NCBI RefSeq assembly: GCF_040954835.1
Contig: NC_090710.1
Span: 31,580,586-31,644,585, forward strand
Direction: 5' to 3'
From: Lepisosteus oculatus
Taxonomy: Eukaryota
Length of the DNA: 64,000 bases
The translations under genes and the position numbers were made by a program. This document shows, piece after piece, positions 1-10,816 of the stretch. Every line of letters starts with the position of its first letter. The stretch's first letter is position 1. Below the pieces are notes generated by a model. The model searched no databases and was not told the DNA's origin. It worked only from the letters and a program-made list of their open reading frames with translations.

Positions 1-231
1 CTGGGGTGGTGTGCAGTACCCCTATTTAATGAAAATTGTCAGTGAGGATTGCACTGAGGCCCTGCAACTGGGGATCACCTGCCTTCACCAGAGTTGGTAC
101 AACTAAAGGCCATTCACCTTCTGAGGGAATAATATAGTGAGGATCTGTGTGTTTACTTTACATCTGGATGCCTGCGGTTTGTTTGCCCTCTTGCTGGTAC
201 TGTTCCGAGAGCTGCTGGTGCCCCCTTAAAG

Positions 232-364
232 CGCCCCCATACTCGTTCTCTTGGAGGGGCTGGAAGAGGCCGGACCTGTGGCCGGGCGATACACCTACTC
301 AGTGCTGCCACAGGAGGGAGATGTGTTTCCTGCCGCAGTCAAACACATCTGCACCCCTGATGAG
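232..364 (+). CDS. RNF17: candidate internal exon of the Tudor-domain gene (low confidence)
   Basis: Open frame ...SAPILVLLEGLEEAGPVAGRYTYSVLPQEGDVFPAAVKHICTPDE ending at GAG|gtacgg (364/365); phase 0 out matches the next exon; no strong domain signature. Confidence 0.3.
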
Positions 365-615
365 GTACGGAGCCAGCCCAAATGAGAGACTAAATACAAC
401 ATCTGCTGTGGCCCAGAGGAGCTTAATAGATGAACTTAGAGTGTTTGTGTAGTGAGTTATTTTACTCTTTCCTTAAGATTATTGAATGTCATTTGATGGA
501 GGGTAGGCTGGGTGTACTCCAGAGTGAATAGCAGAAGCTGCCTTCTTGCCGACAGCTGCTTCCCAGGCCGGGCCCTCAGTCAGGGGGTCACTAACGATCT
601 CCTCTGCACAACCAG

Positions 616-742
616 ATGTTCCTCCTGCCCTGTGGGGAGGCTCACCGCGCGCCTCCGGACGCTGGAGGAGACCTGGACGAAGCTCTGGACTGCGTCAACG
701 ACAGCGCTCACAGCCTGCTGCCGCTCTCCGACTTCGTCTCGG
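616..742 (+). CDS. RNF17: Tudor-domain gene exon (N-terminal extension of the last Tudor domain)
   Basis: Acceptor ccag|ATG.. at 615/616, donor TCGG|gtaacg at 742/743; translation FLLPCGEAHRAPPDAGGDLDEALDCVNDSAHSLLPLSDFVSG fits the extended Tudor N-region. Confidence 0.55.
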
Positions 743-861
743 GTAACGGCCGGCTGGCGGCGCCGTTTCCTTTCCGCGGACGCGCAGGACAGTCTACGAC
801 AATGAGCGCTTATTGTGTTCCTGAGCTCTGCTTGCCTTCCTTTTCTTGCACGGCCCTGCAG

Positions 862-997
862 GGGGCCCTTGCTTGGCCGAGTACAGGGACGGCATGTACT
901 ACAGAGCGCAGCTCCTCCAGATCGAAAGTTTCAACCCCGTGAAGATCCTCGTGAGGCATGTCGACTATGGCTCAGACGATGTCTTGACCACAGACTG
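862..997 (+). CDS. RNF17: Tudor domain core exon
   Basis: [44 protein letters not shown] matches the Tudor core (C.A.Y.DG.YYRA...V.FVDYG..E.V); acceptor ctgcag|GG, donor CTG|gtaaac. Confidence 0.8.
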
Positions 998-1509
998 GTA
1001 AACTACGGAGTTCAGTCCGGACCCGTTTTTTTTTCTTTTTTCTGGAAGCCTCTCCACACGAACAAAGTCAGTTTATTATCCAGGCTCCCGTGTTTTTGCA
1101 ACTCGTTTCTTTCACTGCCTAATGTATCGCGTTTTGATCTGCAGTACAAATTGTTTGTATGCGAGATGGTTCAGGTTCTTCAGATATCGTAAGCTTATTG
1201 AAGACCCAAGCCTCTTGGCATGAGCAGCAACACATGACCGTGAGAGTAAAGATATTGCATATGTGTCAGCTCAACTCACTGCATATGCAGTGCTTATTTT
1301 ATTGAGGGTACCGTCACTGAAGATGTATTATAGACGCAGACCTGTTGACAAGAGACGTGTTAGCTGTTTTTCTTCACCATGAAACTCCCAACCCCTGTTG
1401 ACCTCCTGCAGTCTGCCTTAATTACTCAAAACGTCTAGACCCCCCTTTAAAAAAAAAAAAGGAAATCAGTTTTTTCCGGCAAGTCGAGTGACGTGTTTTA
1501 TCTCTTCAG

Positions 1510-1699
1510 CCTCCGTGAGATTCCTCTGCAGGTGCTGAGGTTCCCGTGTGAGCTGCTGCAGGTGAAGGTGGCTGGGATTAAGCCTCCCAGGAATGATGGC
1601 GAAACTCAGAGACTTCCCTACCGACCAGAGTGGAGCTTGAAATCCATGTATGAGGCGATCGACCTGCTTCAGGGCAAGCAGCTGACCGCCTACATTGTG
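1510..1699 (+). CDS. RNF17: Tudor domain C-terminal part exon
   Basis: LREIPLQVLRFPCELLQVKVAGIKPPRNDGETQRLPYRPEWSLKSMYEAIDLLQGKQLTAYIV matches the LP.QA..C.L..IKP motif after the Tudor core; acceptor tctcttcag|, donor GTG|gtgagc; phase continuous with 862-997. Confidence 0.8.
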
Positions 1700-2743
1700 G
1701 TGAGCATTTCAAATAACTCTGGTCGAGCCCAAATATTGGAGAGCTGTGGCAGGCAGTGTTGAATAATTAAAAGTAAAATATTTGAATAGTAGGTACTTTA
1801 TTAACATATGTTAGGTTCCCAAAACATATAAGAAACTAGGCAGTTTCCATACGAAAAAAACATAGGTCAAATTTGATTAAAGTGATTTTCCATCCTGGGG
1901 CTTCCTAATCAATTAAACAATTTCTAGGAAGGTGAGTATAGGTCCCTTTGATCAGTCAGCAGCCTTTGCTGTTACAATATAAAGCACAAATCTTTATTCT
2001 TGAACTGCAAACATGATTTTCAATGCATTAGCTATTTTAATGCCTGTTCTACGGCGCATCCTTTTTAAATTTGTTGGTAAACTCATTGTATAATTTATTT
2101 AGTATGTTTCTACTGGGAGTTTTTTTACTTTTGTTTACCACTTTGCATCATCTTTCATTACTTTAAATCTAATCTAAAAGATTAAATACTAAATCTAATA
2201 AAATACTGCCTTTACTATACACATGTATATAGTTTGTCCTGATGCAGCATAATGTTGGGTCTTTAGTTGGAGAGAACAAGACCCAGACAGATTAATTGCA
2301 ACTGTAACTCTAAAGAGTGAAGAGAGCTCTGTCTCAGACAGAACAGAATTTATTAAAAATGTGCAGTTTTACTTTTGCGTGCAATAAGACATATTATTGA
2401 AATGCTTTTTATTAAAACTTGAATAGGTACAGAAGTCCTTTTGCTTTCATTAAGGTAGTTTGCTGTATTTGTTTAGTTTTTTTTACCTACTGTATATTGA
2501 GTGCTGGAGTATACATTAGTTTGAATTTTTGAAAATTGCTCACGAATAGCATCATGATTTTTTAAATATCTGTAAAATTCAGATTTGTATATTTTTAAGT
2601 GATATGATCACAAATGTATTCCCTATTGTTTAATTGGACAGTTAATGAAATATATTTATGATGGGGGATGTATGATATAGCTCTGAAGTAATCTGTAAGA
2701 TGGACACTGCACAATTTTCAAAATAAACGTTTTGTTTCACCAG

Positions 2744-2839
2744 TCAACAAAACCTGCAATCAAAGCACATCTATTTGATGAAAATGAAAAAATGGTTCTG
2801 TTGCCACTTGTGGACAAAGGTCTTGCAGAAGCTGAATAG
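2744..2839 (+). CDS. RNF17: terminal coding exon of the Tudor-domain gene (stop TAG 2837-2839)
   Basis: Acceptor tttgtttcaccag|; STKPAIKAHLFDENEKMVLLPLVDKGLAEAE* is a typical Tudor C-terminal end; AATAAA signals near 3600-3720. RNF17 assignment rests on the terminal Tudor plus tail-to-tail synteny with CENPJ as in human 13q12. Confidence 0.65.
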   Translation, partial: STKPAIKAHLFDENEKMVLLPLVDKGLAEAE

Positions 2840-3877
2840 AAGAGGTTAGTCTGTTTTCACACTTTCTGTAATGTTCACAGTTGTCACTTGTGTCCTTTAA
2901 GTTAAAGGTTGATAATTAGAGTATTGCTCAAGAAAGATGAGGACTCATTTATACTGCTCTGCAATAATTGTCCTAAGCAGTTTCAGTTTAATTTTGCAAA
3001 TAGCCAGGCACCTTTTACACAATTGAGGACAAGCAAAAGGACAGTTTTGCTGTTTAGAGTTGTACTGCAGCATTCTCCAACTTGACAGTGTTTTGAAGTT
3101 ATAAACATTTACCTAAAACAACAATGTATCTATTCTAATTGAGGAAAGTAAAATGAATCTTATTTCTAGTTGGTGCAGGTATCAGTGGAAGATAGTGTCA
3201 TTCCTCCATTCTTTTCAGAATCTGAAGTGACAGAAGGCTATTCTTGGATACCCAGGCATTAAGAGAATCTTCTCTCAAACTACTCTAAGGAAAATAGAGA
3301 TGCATTTTTTTGTTTCTGCTCTATTGTTTGCATGGGTGGTGTTTTAGAAAATGACTTTTGGAAGGCAAAACTGTTGAAAGACCCTTTATTCTAAACTTTA
3401 TTTTCAGTGTAGAATGTTGCAACTTTTCTGTACAATGTAAACTAATTCTGAAAAAAACTTACCCTCCGTTTATTTCCTACTTCAGTGCGTTAGCAGACAC
3501 GGCTAAAATCTTTTCCTGTTTGTACTTGGGTGTTTTATGTTGATAATGAAGAAATCTAGACCATTGATATGGTTGTACTTTATTTTTGTTTGACATTTAA
3601 AATAAAAAGGTTTGACATGGAGCAAGTATAATTCATGAGCAGAATTATTCAGTTTTATGAAGGAAATGGCTATAAGTTAAGAGCTCCCATTTTGATTTAG
3701 TGAATAAAAATAAATTACATTTTAATATACATTATGTACACTTCATTATAAAACCTCAGACGCAAACTCCACTCCTTTTCACTGCACACAACACAACGTG
3801 GGGACAATATACCAGTACAGTACAGCCAACTACACCACTCTCTTAATTCTACACACAGACCTTAGACAGGGCACTAA

Positions 3878-4121
3878 TTAGGAGTAAAGAATTGATTGTG
3901 AATGAGGAGACAACAGAGCCTGCTCAGAGTCTACTTTTGTGTCCATAACAATATTCCCATCCTTGTCCTTGATTCGAACTCTGCCGGTAGGGTACTTGGT
4001 CTCTTGCTGGCCGTTGGCGTACACAGTTTTCACAGTTCCATCCGGGTACTCCCGCCTCTTGTACTCCGCAGTGTGGACTTCCCTCTGCCCGTTGTTGAAT
4101 TCGATGACTTTGCTACCATCT
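3878..4121 (-). CDS. CENPJ: CENPJ terminal coding exon (G-box / TCP10 C-terminal domain)
   Basis: [63 protein letters not shown].. matches the human CENPJ C-terminus almost residue by residue; acceptor ctgcag at 4122-4127 (minus); stop at 3875-3877. Confidence 0.85.
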
Positions 4122-4867
4122 CTGCAGCAAAGGAACAAAGAAAATGAGCGTTTTCCCATGGAATTTAATCTACATTTTTTCCATCTGAGAGATACAACTA
4201 AACATAAATAAATCACGTTTTAAGGAAGAGAGGGAAACGCTGCATTTGTGAGGACTTTTGTTCTTGCTCGTAGTAAAAAAAAATGCCTTAGTATCCCATA
4301 AAGAGGCCTGGTGGTTATCCAGTAATTGAGAGGGCGAGCTGAGAGGAGAGGGGATGGTCCCAGGATGCTGGGCTCTGCTGTCGAGCCCGCATGAGGCGTC
4401 TTGGGTTCATTGATGAAACACTGGTGGGGGGCTGTGCACCTGAGAACCCAGTGAAGACCCCACTCAGCCTTGACACTTAAGAAGGTAGAGCTTTAAGCAA
4501 AGGAGGCAACTGGGATGCCAGCGGGATCTTGGAGCGCACAAAACAGGAAGCACCTGTCAAGAATCCCAAGTAGCAATGATCCCGTCGTGTTCAAGATGTA
4601 TTGAGTGTATTTACTAACTTCGACTTTTTCACAGGACTATTTCAAGATGCGTCCAACATGTGCATGTTCCGAGAAAATAAACGTGGAGAAATGTGTAGAT
4701 GGGCATCTTGGACATAGAAGGAACATCTTGAACCAGCAGCAAAGCCATCTGGTCCTCCCCAAATTCAGCCGTTGTAGGCTATTTCCTGCTAAGTAGATGA
4801 GTAAAGAACAAAGCTAAACTATTCATATTGAACCAAGCCAAACTCTTTACGGAACTTACAGCTTTAC

Positions 4868-4980
4868 TTGAATGATAGTTCCATCAGGAAACACACTCTC
4901 CTCCTGTCCATCAGGATACAAATTCTTAATGGTCTGGTCAGGAAACGTGATTTCTTTCCTGCCATCGGGGAAATGCTTCT
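4868..4980 (-). CDS. CENPJ: CENPJ exon (G-box repeat)
   Basis: [38 protein letters not shown] vs human [38 protein letters not shown]; acceptor cag, donor CAA|gtaaag. Confidence 0.88.
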
Positions 4981-5353
4981 CTGTTAAAAAGGAGAAGGGA
5001 AATAGAGGGTTAATTTTGTACACATTCAAAGTTAACTGCCTTCAGATGAATCTGAGATGATGGTATTTGGAATGGAGTATTATGGGTTGTCTCATCCCCT
5101 CCATCATGAGTTCACACACACCTCTCTGTCCCCAGATGTAATACTGATAGGTACAGGAGCTCTTTCATCCGCAGGGCACTATCTCTTTCAAACAATGGAA
5201 CCATCTTCTGCCTGATCTTGTGGTACCACTGTTGCACTTACACCTTGTTTGGTTAAATTTCGTCTGTCATTGCATTGCTATAGTGGGAGTGTGCCGTGAA
5301 ACAGATTTCCCCAGTGGGACAATAAAGCAATGAAAAAAAAAAGAGAAAAGTAC

Positions 5354-5438
5354 CTATTTGATTATTGGGAAACTGTAAGACCTCCAGGCCATCGGGGTAG
5401 GTGGTATGCGTTGTCTGAGCATCAGCATAATAGTACAC
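5354..5438 (-). CDS. CENPJ: CENPJ exon (G-box)
   Basis: [28 protein letters not shown] vs human [29 protein letters not shown]; acceptor gtttag|, donor ATAG|gtac. Confidence 0.88.
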
Positions 5439-5786
5439 CTAAACACAGCAGCCGAGGCCGCAGAAGGGAAGAGTTTGTTAGAGAGAAAAAGAGTTTGTTG
5501 GGGTTAAACATTTTTGTTCTGCAACAGCAGAACCTGTTTAACCCGACAATGGGATTAACTTTATCAACCGTGATTTAATAAGCGTTTCCTGAGGCATGTA
5601 GATCAGTTTGATTGTTCTTCATCCTCACCTTCTGTCACAAATCAAGCGTCAGTCAAAATGTAAATATACATCTTCAGACAGTTCTGAAATACAGGCTACC
5701 ACTCAGAGGTATCCAGTTTTTCTGTTCAGAGGTAAACTGGCCTTTTCTTCTCTCCCTTGGAAGAGGAACAGTAGCTAAGTACTTAC

Positions 5787-5923
5787 CACTCTCTGATCCG
5801 CCAGTATTTGCTTGACATCCCCGTTAAAGAAAGTGACTTTAACACTCTTTCCATCAGCCATCACCTCCTTCTGGGTACCGTTGGGGAAGACGATGACTCG
5901 GATTCCACTCTTTAATACTTTTT
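5787..5923 (-). CDS. CENPJ: CENPJ exon (start of G-box domain)
   Basis: [46 protein letters not shown] vs human [47 protein letters not shown]; acceptor cagatag| chosen by phase, donor GTG|gtaagt. Confidence 0.85.
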
Positions 5924-6061
5924 CTATCTGAAAAACATGTTAGGCGGACCTCTTTTGTCAAGCATTTTATTCTTGGCCTTCAATAATTAATATAAATTCA
6001 CTGACGGCTCGGGTTTCAAAATCTCTTATGAAGACTTGAGTCACTTGCAAGCGAGGTCATA

Positions 6062-6155
6062 CTTTTCCATCTGGATGAATGGTTTCCTCCAAAATTTCTC
6101 CATTTTCCTCGACTCCACACAGGTCTTTTTGTGGTTCGTCAGTCGGTACTGTGCT
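6062..6155 (-). CDS. CENPJ: CENPJ exon (acidic stretch before the G-box)
   Basis: STVPTDEPQKDLCGVEENGEILEETIHPDGK vs human [24 protein letters not shown]; acceptor tattgcag|, donor AAAG|gtatga. Confidence 0.7.
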
Positions 6156-6950
6156 CTGCAATATAAATAGTTGAGCGTTTGGATATTATTACTCGTGCCG
6201 CCAGAGCCAGTTAAATAAAATAGTATGAAAATGGATTCATCTGCTTTACCCACCTACCAGGATTCCCTAATGAGATTGTAAAGGTCCTGCCTGTGTTTTA
6301 TTGCGATAGTACAGTCCCAGGCTCACCCATCATTACTTTAATTTCTCTCCACCTTATTGAATTGGAGATATCATGACTAAAAGATTATTGTAACGGGTGG
6401 ACAGGAAACCTGCTTTTCACATTCCACAGTTCACCTTTTCAAACAGGCAGCATTTTAGTCAAATGAACTTTATCACAGCATTAAAACAAGCCTTCAGTTA
6501 CTTTTCTGTAGGAGTGCATGCTAAAAATAACATTTTGTAAGTATGTCATTGCAAAATAAACAGTTCCACCTACAGAAAAAAACTCAACCCTAAACTATAT
6601 TTCTAGGGGGTCACGCTGCCTCTTGATTTTGTTTGACTTTCTTCTATTTCTTTATTATCTGAAGTCATTAACTTGTAAACTAAGTTTAGATTAAGAAGCA
6701 GAATCCATAGAAAACACCCACTGTTCAACATTAAGAACATTACCACTCATCAATGGCCAGATTCTGACCAGTTTTATAACTGCTTACTGATACCGTGTCG
6801 ATGTTTAATCCACATCTTGTTGCACAAAAAATCCATTACTGGAATTACTTCTAAGACTTGTGGTTCTTGTGGCATAAATGTATTGGTATAAATGATTTCT
6901 GAATGCAGAAAAGATCTTACTATGCTCTAATTTCAAAAAGTAGTACTCAC

Positions 6951-7066
6951 AGCAGGTAAGACAACAGGAGACTCTGGGTGCAGTTCAGTTTTCCTCAGTT
7001 CAGACATCACCTGCTCCTCTATGCTGGACACAGCTGTGGGGACTGGAACAGACCTAATGCTGTTGA
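6951..7066 (-). CDS. CENPJ: CENPJ exon (Ser/Pro-rich linker)
   Basis: Acceptor tgttttag|TCAAC, donor CCTGCT|gtgagt; NSIRSVPVPTAVSSIEEQVMSELRKTELHPESPVVLPA; phase fits the neighbouring exons; only weak similarity to the human linker. Confidence 0.55.
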
Positions 7067-7494
7067 CTAAAACATTACAGTAATTGTTCAGTAAGCGGGC
7101 ATTCATGTGTGAAAAAAAATTCAAGGACAAGCATCATAAAGCTGAAACCCAAGAAACATTACAAAAATCCCTGGCTACAATTAGGGAAGAGGTAGAGAAT
7201 GAAATATTAAATATTTGTTACATTCCAAACCAAATGTTTATTAAATGAAACAGCAAATTCAGACAGAACACAACTTTGTGTATACAGTATGAATAATGTG
7301 ACGCACATATCTTTGAAAGTAAACTCTGCTTGATATTCTGCTTGCCACCTACAACCCTGTAGCTCCCCGCTGGCAGCCCACTGGAGCCCAGCAGGCGTGA
7401 GCCTGGCCAGTGCCTGGATGGGAGACCTGGGAAAAACTAAGGCTGCTGCTGGAAGAGGTGTTAGTGGGGCCAGCAGGGGGCGCTCGCCCTGTGG

Positions 7495-7865
7495 TCTGTG
7501 GGTCCTGCCCCAGTATGGTGATGGGGACACTATACTGTAAAAAAAAAAGTTGCCGTTCTTTGAATAATGTGTAAAACCAAGGTCCTGACTCTCTGTGGTC
7601 ATTAAAAATACCAGGGTATTTCTTGAAAAGAGTAGGGGTGATAATCCCTAGTTTTCTGGCCTTTACCAATCCTGGCCTCCTAATAATCCCCCTCTCTGAA
7701 CTGGCTTCACCACTGCTCTCCTCCCCACTGAGAGCTGGTGTGTGGTGAGCGGACTGGCGCATCATCCAGGTGGGGCTGCACACTGGTGGTGGAGGGGCAG
7801 TAAAGTGCTTTGAGTGTAGTGTCCAGAGGTGGGCTATACAAGTGTAAGGAGTTATTAATTATGTA
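7495..7865 (-). mobile_element. full-length copy of a SINE-like interspersed repeat ('AAT-head' family), reverse orientation
   Basis: About 88% identical to 36590-36990 over about 370 bp; shares the core ggggatcccctccaccaccagtgtgcagcccc acctggatgatg; ORF-track ORFs 7207-7783 fall inside it. Confidence 0.7.
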
Positions 7866-7918
7866 ATGCATAGGCAACTTCCCTAAAAGGAAACCGAAGA
7901 CGCCCTCTGTACCTGTAC

Positions 7919-8032
7919 CTTCTGCCACAGTGCTGTTCTCCCTCGCTGTCTTGGTAGGCGGGGGGCTGTTTGTGGCAGTAACCTGGAGACTCTTAACAGA
8001 TGAAATACACGTCGCGTTACTTTCAGCTGCAT
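7919..8032 (-). CDS. CENPJ: candidate CENPJ exon (linker region; reading frame uncertain)
   Basis: Strong acceptor ctttcggtctttgtag| and donor GAAG|gtacag; open in two frames; a phase-compatible chain needs frame 2 (..ESNATCISSVKSLQVTATNSPPPTKTARENSTVAE). Confidence 0.35.
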
Positions 8033-8135
8033 CTACAAAGACCGAAAGCGATCACATGTTTTGCCAAACCTCGGTAACAATGTTTTGCCATCGGCAGCTT
8101 CCTACATTTTAAAGACTCAACTGGACTGCCTTCAC

Positions 8136-8207
8136 CTTTTGTTTCTGAAAATACCCCAGCCAGTTTATCCCTACTGACACGAAAAGCAGACACCCAGGGA
8201 GGAGCTA
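8136..8207 (-). CDS. CENPJ: candidate CENPJ exon (linker region)
   Basis: Acceptor ccagccttacag|, donor CAAAAG|gtgaag; APPWVSAFRVSRDKLAGVFSETK (compare human APPRDLGNLDKGQAA); a phase mismatch with exon 8909-9136 implies a further unlocated small exon. Confidence 0.4.
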
Positions 8208-8419
8208 CTGTAAGGCTGGATCCAACACTACACAACCGGTGCCCCAGGAAACACCTGCCAGCCAGTTGTCCCAGTACTAGTGCTCACGGGGAGTGAACAA
8301 AGTGGTATTATTCTTAAACGTTAAAGCGTATTTGCATAGAAATACCCAGAAATAATAGGTAACATTCTGCACTTTTGCCTCCAGTCCTGATCTTCTCATC
8401 TCAAACACAAACCACTTGG

Positions 8420-8800
8420 ACATAATACAGCAAAAACAGTCATTTGGACTGACTTCACTGTCCCAATACCTATGGAAGTGTGTGAAGTTGCAGTACTGTA
8501 TGTGTCACCTCAACCACGATTCCTGGTGTCAAAGACGCACAATTTCACAGTCTTCCTCTGTTCCAAAACCAGGCGGTTGGATGAATAATGAAAGATCTCA
8601 TCTCTTTGTTCTGTTACAGGTCAGAAGTACTGATCTATAGCCAGATGGTTAATGCCGATTTTTTTTTTCTACGTCAGAGATACTATTACTTATTCGACTG
8701 ACACTTTTATCCCAAGACAATTGAAACATTTGCCCCCATTTACACAGCTGGGAATTTTACCGTCGCTATTCAGGTGGAGCTTATGGAGGGAACCGTCTCT
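8420..8800 (-). mobile_element. second copy of the same SINE (body/tail portion, head truncated) in a CENPJ intron
   Basis: About 90% identical to 10325-10650. Confidence 0.65.
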
Positions 8801-8908
8801 AAAAGTATTAGCAAAATAAAAATTGTAACCGTTGGCCGTCAGCGGTCAGCGTGATCCCGTCGTTCTGCACCTAAGGCAATAAGGAGCTCGAGCAGACCCA
8901 GGACTCAC

Positions 8909-9136
8909 AGTGGGCTGGGGCCGCCGGCCGCCGGCCGCGGTGCCTTCAGCACCCGCCTCTGCCTTCCTCCAGGCCTGCACCCGCAGGCGCCCCAGCACGC
9001 CGACCTCCTCGCGCAGCGCGGCGTTCTCCCGGCCCAGGGCGTCCAGCTGCAGGCGCAGCCGCCTCTGTGCGCCGGCCCAGCGCGCCTCCCGCCGCCGCAG
9101 CTCCTCCTGCAGGGCGGCCGCCTGCTGCCGCAGCGC
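8909..9136 (-). CDS. CENPJ: CENPJ coiled-coil exon (very GC-rich)
   Basis: ALRQQAAALQEELRRREARWAGAQRRLRLQLDALGRENAALREEVGVLGRLRVQAWRKAEA.. vs human [61 protein letters not shown]; acceptor ttgttgcag|, donor ACT|gtgagt. Confidence 0.82.
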
Positions 9137-9339
9137 CTGCAACAACACCAGGCCCCAGCCGGTCAGCGCGGGCCCCCTCTGCGCCTCCCCGCCCTCTGGG
9201 GCGACCCCAGCAGCGCGGCCACAGCCCTCACAAGCCCCAGCTACAGCTAGTCTGTGGGTCCAAGTGTGCTTAGACACCACTCTGGTGTGAAAGAGCAAAA
9301 GGCAGATGTTCTTTCTCACAATGTCAACATGGCCCAGTT

Positions 9340-9435
9340 ATAATAATAATAATAATAATAAACTTTATTTTATATAGCACCTTTAAAGGTGGCTTCTCAA
9401 AGCGCTTTACAGGATGACAATAACAATAAATAAGA
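9340..9435 (+). mobile_element. 5'-truncated/partial copy of the AAT-head repeat
   Basis: (AAT)7 then ..tatatagcacc..caaagcgctttacagg as in the other copies. Confidence 0.5.
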
Positions 9436-9587
9436 AGACTACAACAATAATTAAGAAGATTGTTATCTCCCAGCCCCACCCCTTTGATGCTTCCTCAAAC
9501 ACACAACAAGCTTGCATCTGCCCAGCAGTCCAGATCTCCGGCCCCTCCCGGCTACTGCAGAGACAGTCAACATGAATGGCCCCGACC

Positions 9588-9753
9588 TGCATCTCCTCTC
9601 GCTCCTTCTTGTCGGGAATGGCTCTGGCAGCGGCCGCGTACTTCTCAAACACCTTGCGCTCCTTCTGTAGTTTCTTCATCTCCTCCTTCTTCAGCTCCTC
9701 CAGTCGAGCCAGCTCCTCGGCCTTCTTCTGTTCAAACTCCGCCACCTCCTTCC
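9588..9753 (-). CDS. CENPJ: CENPJ coiled-coil exon
   Basis: [55 protein letters not shown] vs human [55 protein letters not shown]; acceptor ctgcttgcag|, weak donor CAG|gtcggg. Confidence 0.85.
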
Positions 9754-10011
9754 TGCAAGCAGCATCTCGTCTTAAACACCATCGCAAACTGGGAATCCCC
9801 CCAGAACCGAACACTAAAACACTTGCAAGGACTTGAAATCCATTGACCCCGATTGTAACCAAAGAATCATCTCTTTTCAGTTCAGTAAGTCCATTCACTC
9901 ATTTGGCAGAATACACAAGAATCAATGCAAGGTGATTTCTCAGCCTGCCCTTCTGGATCTCTCTGCAGAGGTCTCATTTAACGATGCCCCAGGTAGCTCT
10001 CATCTCCCTAC

Positions 10012-10144
10012 CTCAGCTTTTCCAAAGCCGCCTCCCTCTCCTGCCGGAGACTCGCCAGCGCGGAGTTCTCTGCCCTGAAACGCTCGATTTGCGTCTCCAG
10101 TTCCACCAGCCTCTCCCTCAGCAGAGCGGACTGGGGGTTGTGGC
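10012..10144 (-). CDS. CENPJ: CENPJ coiled-coil exon
   Basis: [44 protein letters not shown] vs human [41 protein letters not shown]; acceptor ccttgcag|, donor CTGAG|gtaggg. Confidence 0.85.
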
Positions 10145-10319
10145 CTGCAAGGACACAGGAGGAGGAGGGAGGGGTGGCATTAATACGCGATTCGTCCAAC
10201 CGGTGCAAGCGCTCGTCCAAGTGCAGGCTGAGCTGCAGGGCCAAGGGTTCGAACCCGAGTCACGTCACCAGCTGGCTGTCAGAGGACTTCCCCTTTCAGT
10301 GGCAAGCAGCTAATTGGGA

Positions 10320-10765
10320 AGTCTGTGAAGTTGCAATGTGTGTTACCTCAACCACGATTCCTGATGTCGAAGACGTACAATTTCACAGTCTTTCTCCGTT
10401 CCAAAACCAGGCGGTTGGACGAATAATGAAAGATCTCACCTCTTTGTTCTGTTACAGGTCAGAAGTACTGATCTATAGCCAGATGGTTAATGCCTCCAAC
10501 CGTGTTAAATTCTTCCCGATTTTGTTTTCTACATTAAGGGATACTATTATTTATTTGGCTGATGCTTTTATCCACAATAACTTACAAGATTTGCACCCAT
10601 TTACACAGCTGGGAATTTTACTGTCACTATTCAGGTGGAGCACCCCTGTTCAATGGTACGACAGCAGTGCCTTGCCTGGGATTTGAACCCACAGCCTTCC
10701 AGTTGCGAGTTCCTGTTCCTGACCGCTGTTCCACGCCGCTGCCCCAGCTTGTACAGCGCATACGT
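10320..10765 (-). mobile_element. tRNA-derived SINE (tRNA-like head at 10650-10765, minus orientation) in a CENPJ intron
   Basis: The reverse complement reads ..ggaaggctgtgggttcaaatcccag.. (tRNA T-arm) followed by the conserved teleost SINE body ..cagctgtgtaaatgggtgcaaat..tgtggataaaagcatcagccaaataaataa. Confidence 0.7.
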
Positions 10766-10816
10766 GATGCAGCACAGCTTGCTCTCCCACCCTGCAGTTA
10801 AATATCCCCGGCTCAC

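Noticed and set aside
10138-10686. 182-aa + strand ORF
   Set aside because: It spans a CENPJ intron and a SINE copy, has no homology, and the opposite strand carries the real CENPJ exons.
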